Of a DNA stretch of 64,000 bases, positions 63,473-64,000 are shown piece by piece. Below the pieces are notes generated by a model, which worked only from the letters and a program-made list of their open reading frames with translations, searched no databases and was not told the origin of the DNA. The position numbers were made by a program, and so were the translations under genes. The stretch is from Bdellovibrionales bacterium (GTDB lineage: Bacteria > Bdellovibrionota > Bdellovibrionia > Bdellovibrionales > JAUICD01): the NCBI GenBank assembly GCA_965203275.1, contig OZ241865.1, positions 1,856,001 through 1,920,000 of the forward strand, given 5' to 3'. Every line of letters begins with the position of its first letter. Position 1 is the first letter of the stretch.

Positions 63473-64000
63473 GAGCTTGTCCCTAGCATCGGTGAAAATA
63501 GACGGCTCATAATTTAGTTTTTAATTGTTTTTTCTTTTTGTCAATAATAACTTTTGTCAAACTTTTTTCTAATTGTTTTAAGTCTTTAAATCCTTTAATA
63601 CTTTTGAAATGTTTTTCTGCTTCCAATAGACTCACAGCAGACCATCTTAAAACTTGATCTGAAGAAGACCCCCAGTTCTTTACCCTACGAACTTTTTCCC
63701 TCACAACTGAAAAAACAGACTCAATAGGATTTGTCGATGATAATGACTTCCTTAAAAGTAACGAAACTCCAAGCTTGATCGTTGTCAGTGTCTCCATCTC
63801 TGCTTCTTTTAAAGAAGTGAATGCTGAATGATTGACACGCTTTAACCAGCTTAATAAAGACTCATGCTCTAGCTTAGAAGACTTCTCATCTGGCATACCA
63901 TGTAACTTCTTCCAACGACTCTTAAACTCTATGTGATGACTTGGAGGTAAGCAACTCAGAATATTTCTCTCTTTATGCTGAATACAACGCTGAACAACTG
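63473..64000 (-). mobile_element. IS256-family element; transposase 3' part 63507 to beyond the window
   Basis: VQRCIQHKERN and STNPIESV motifs; identity with the 60255-60872 duplicate breaks at 63472. Confidence 0.85.

Overview
AT-rich bacterial chromosome segment, probably Bdellovibrionota (inferred from gene content). It carries scattered housekeeping genes (ccsA, rseP, valS, batD-like, rplU-rpmA, pth, gdhA, rpsR, rpmB, rplX-like, glpX, ridA, nuoI, tRNA-Trp, tRNA-Pro) among accessory DNA: IS1634 and IS256 elements, a serine recombinase, six secreted ankyrin genes, DNA methyltransferases, Rpn-family pseudogenes and paralogous secreted proteins. The standout signal is non-coding. A ~142-nt element (module A) occurs about 26 times near full length; its sequence varies strongly, but its three-way-junction fold is kept by whole-stem compensatory changes. 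It forms mosaics with two other covarying structured families (C, D), with CCGGGAT heptamer tracts (B), and with one intact and two truncated four-helix-bundle genes; many junctions fall at a shared CCTTAAC core. Other notable items: an ATPase-HNH-decarboxylase-DUF3326 candidate defence operon, a secreted tandem winged-helix-like repeat protein, silent alternative C-terminal gene cassettes, G12 switches upstream of two paralogues, and a tRNA-Pro 5'-half triplication. All calls are by eye; no database searches were run.
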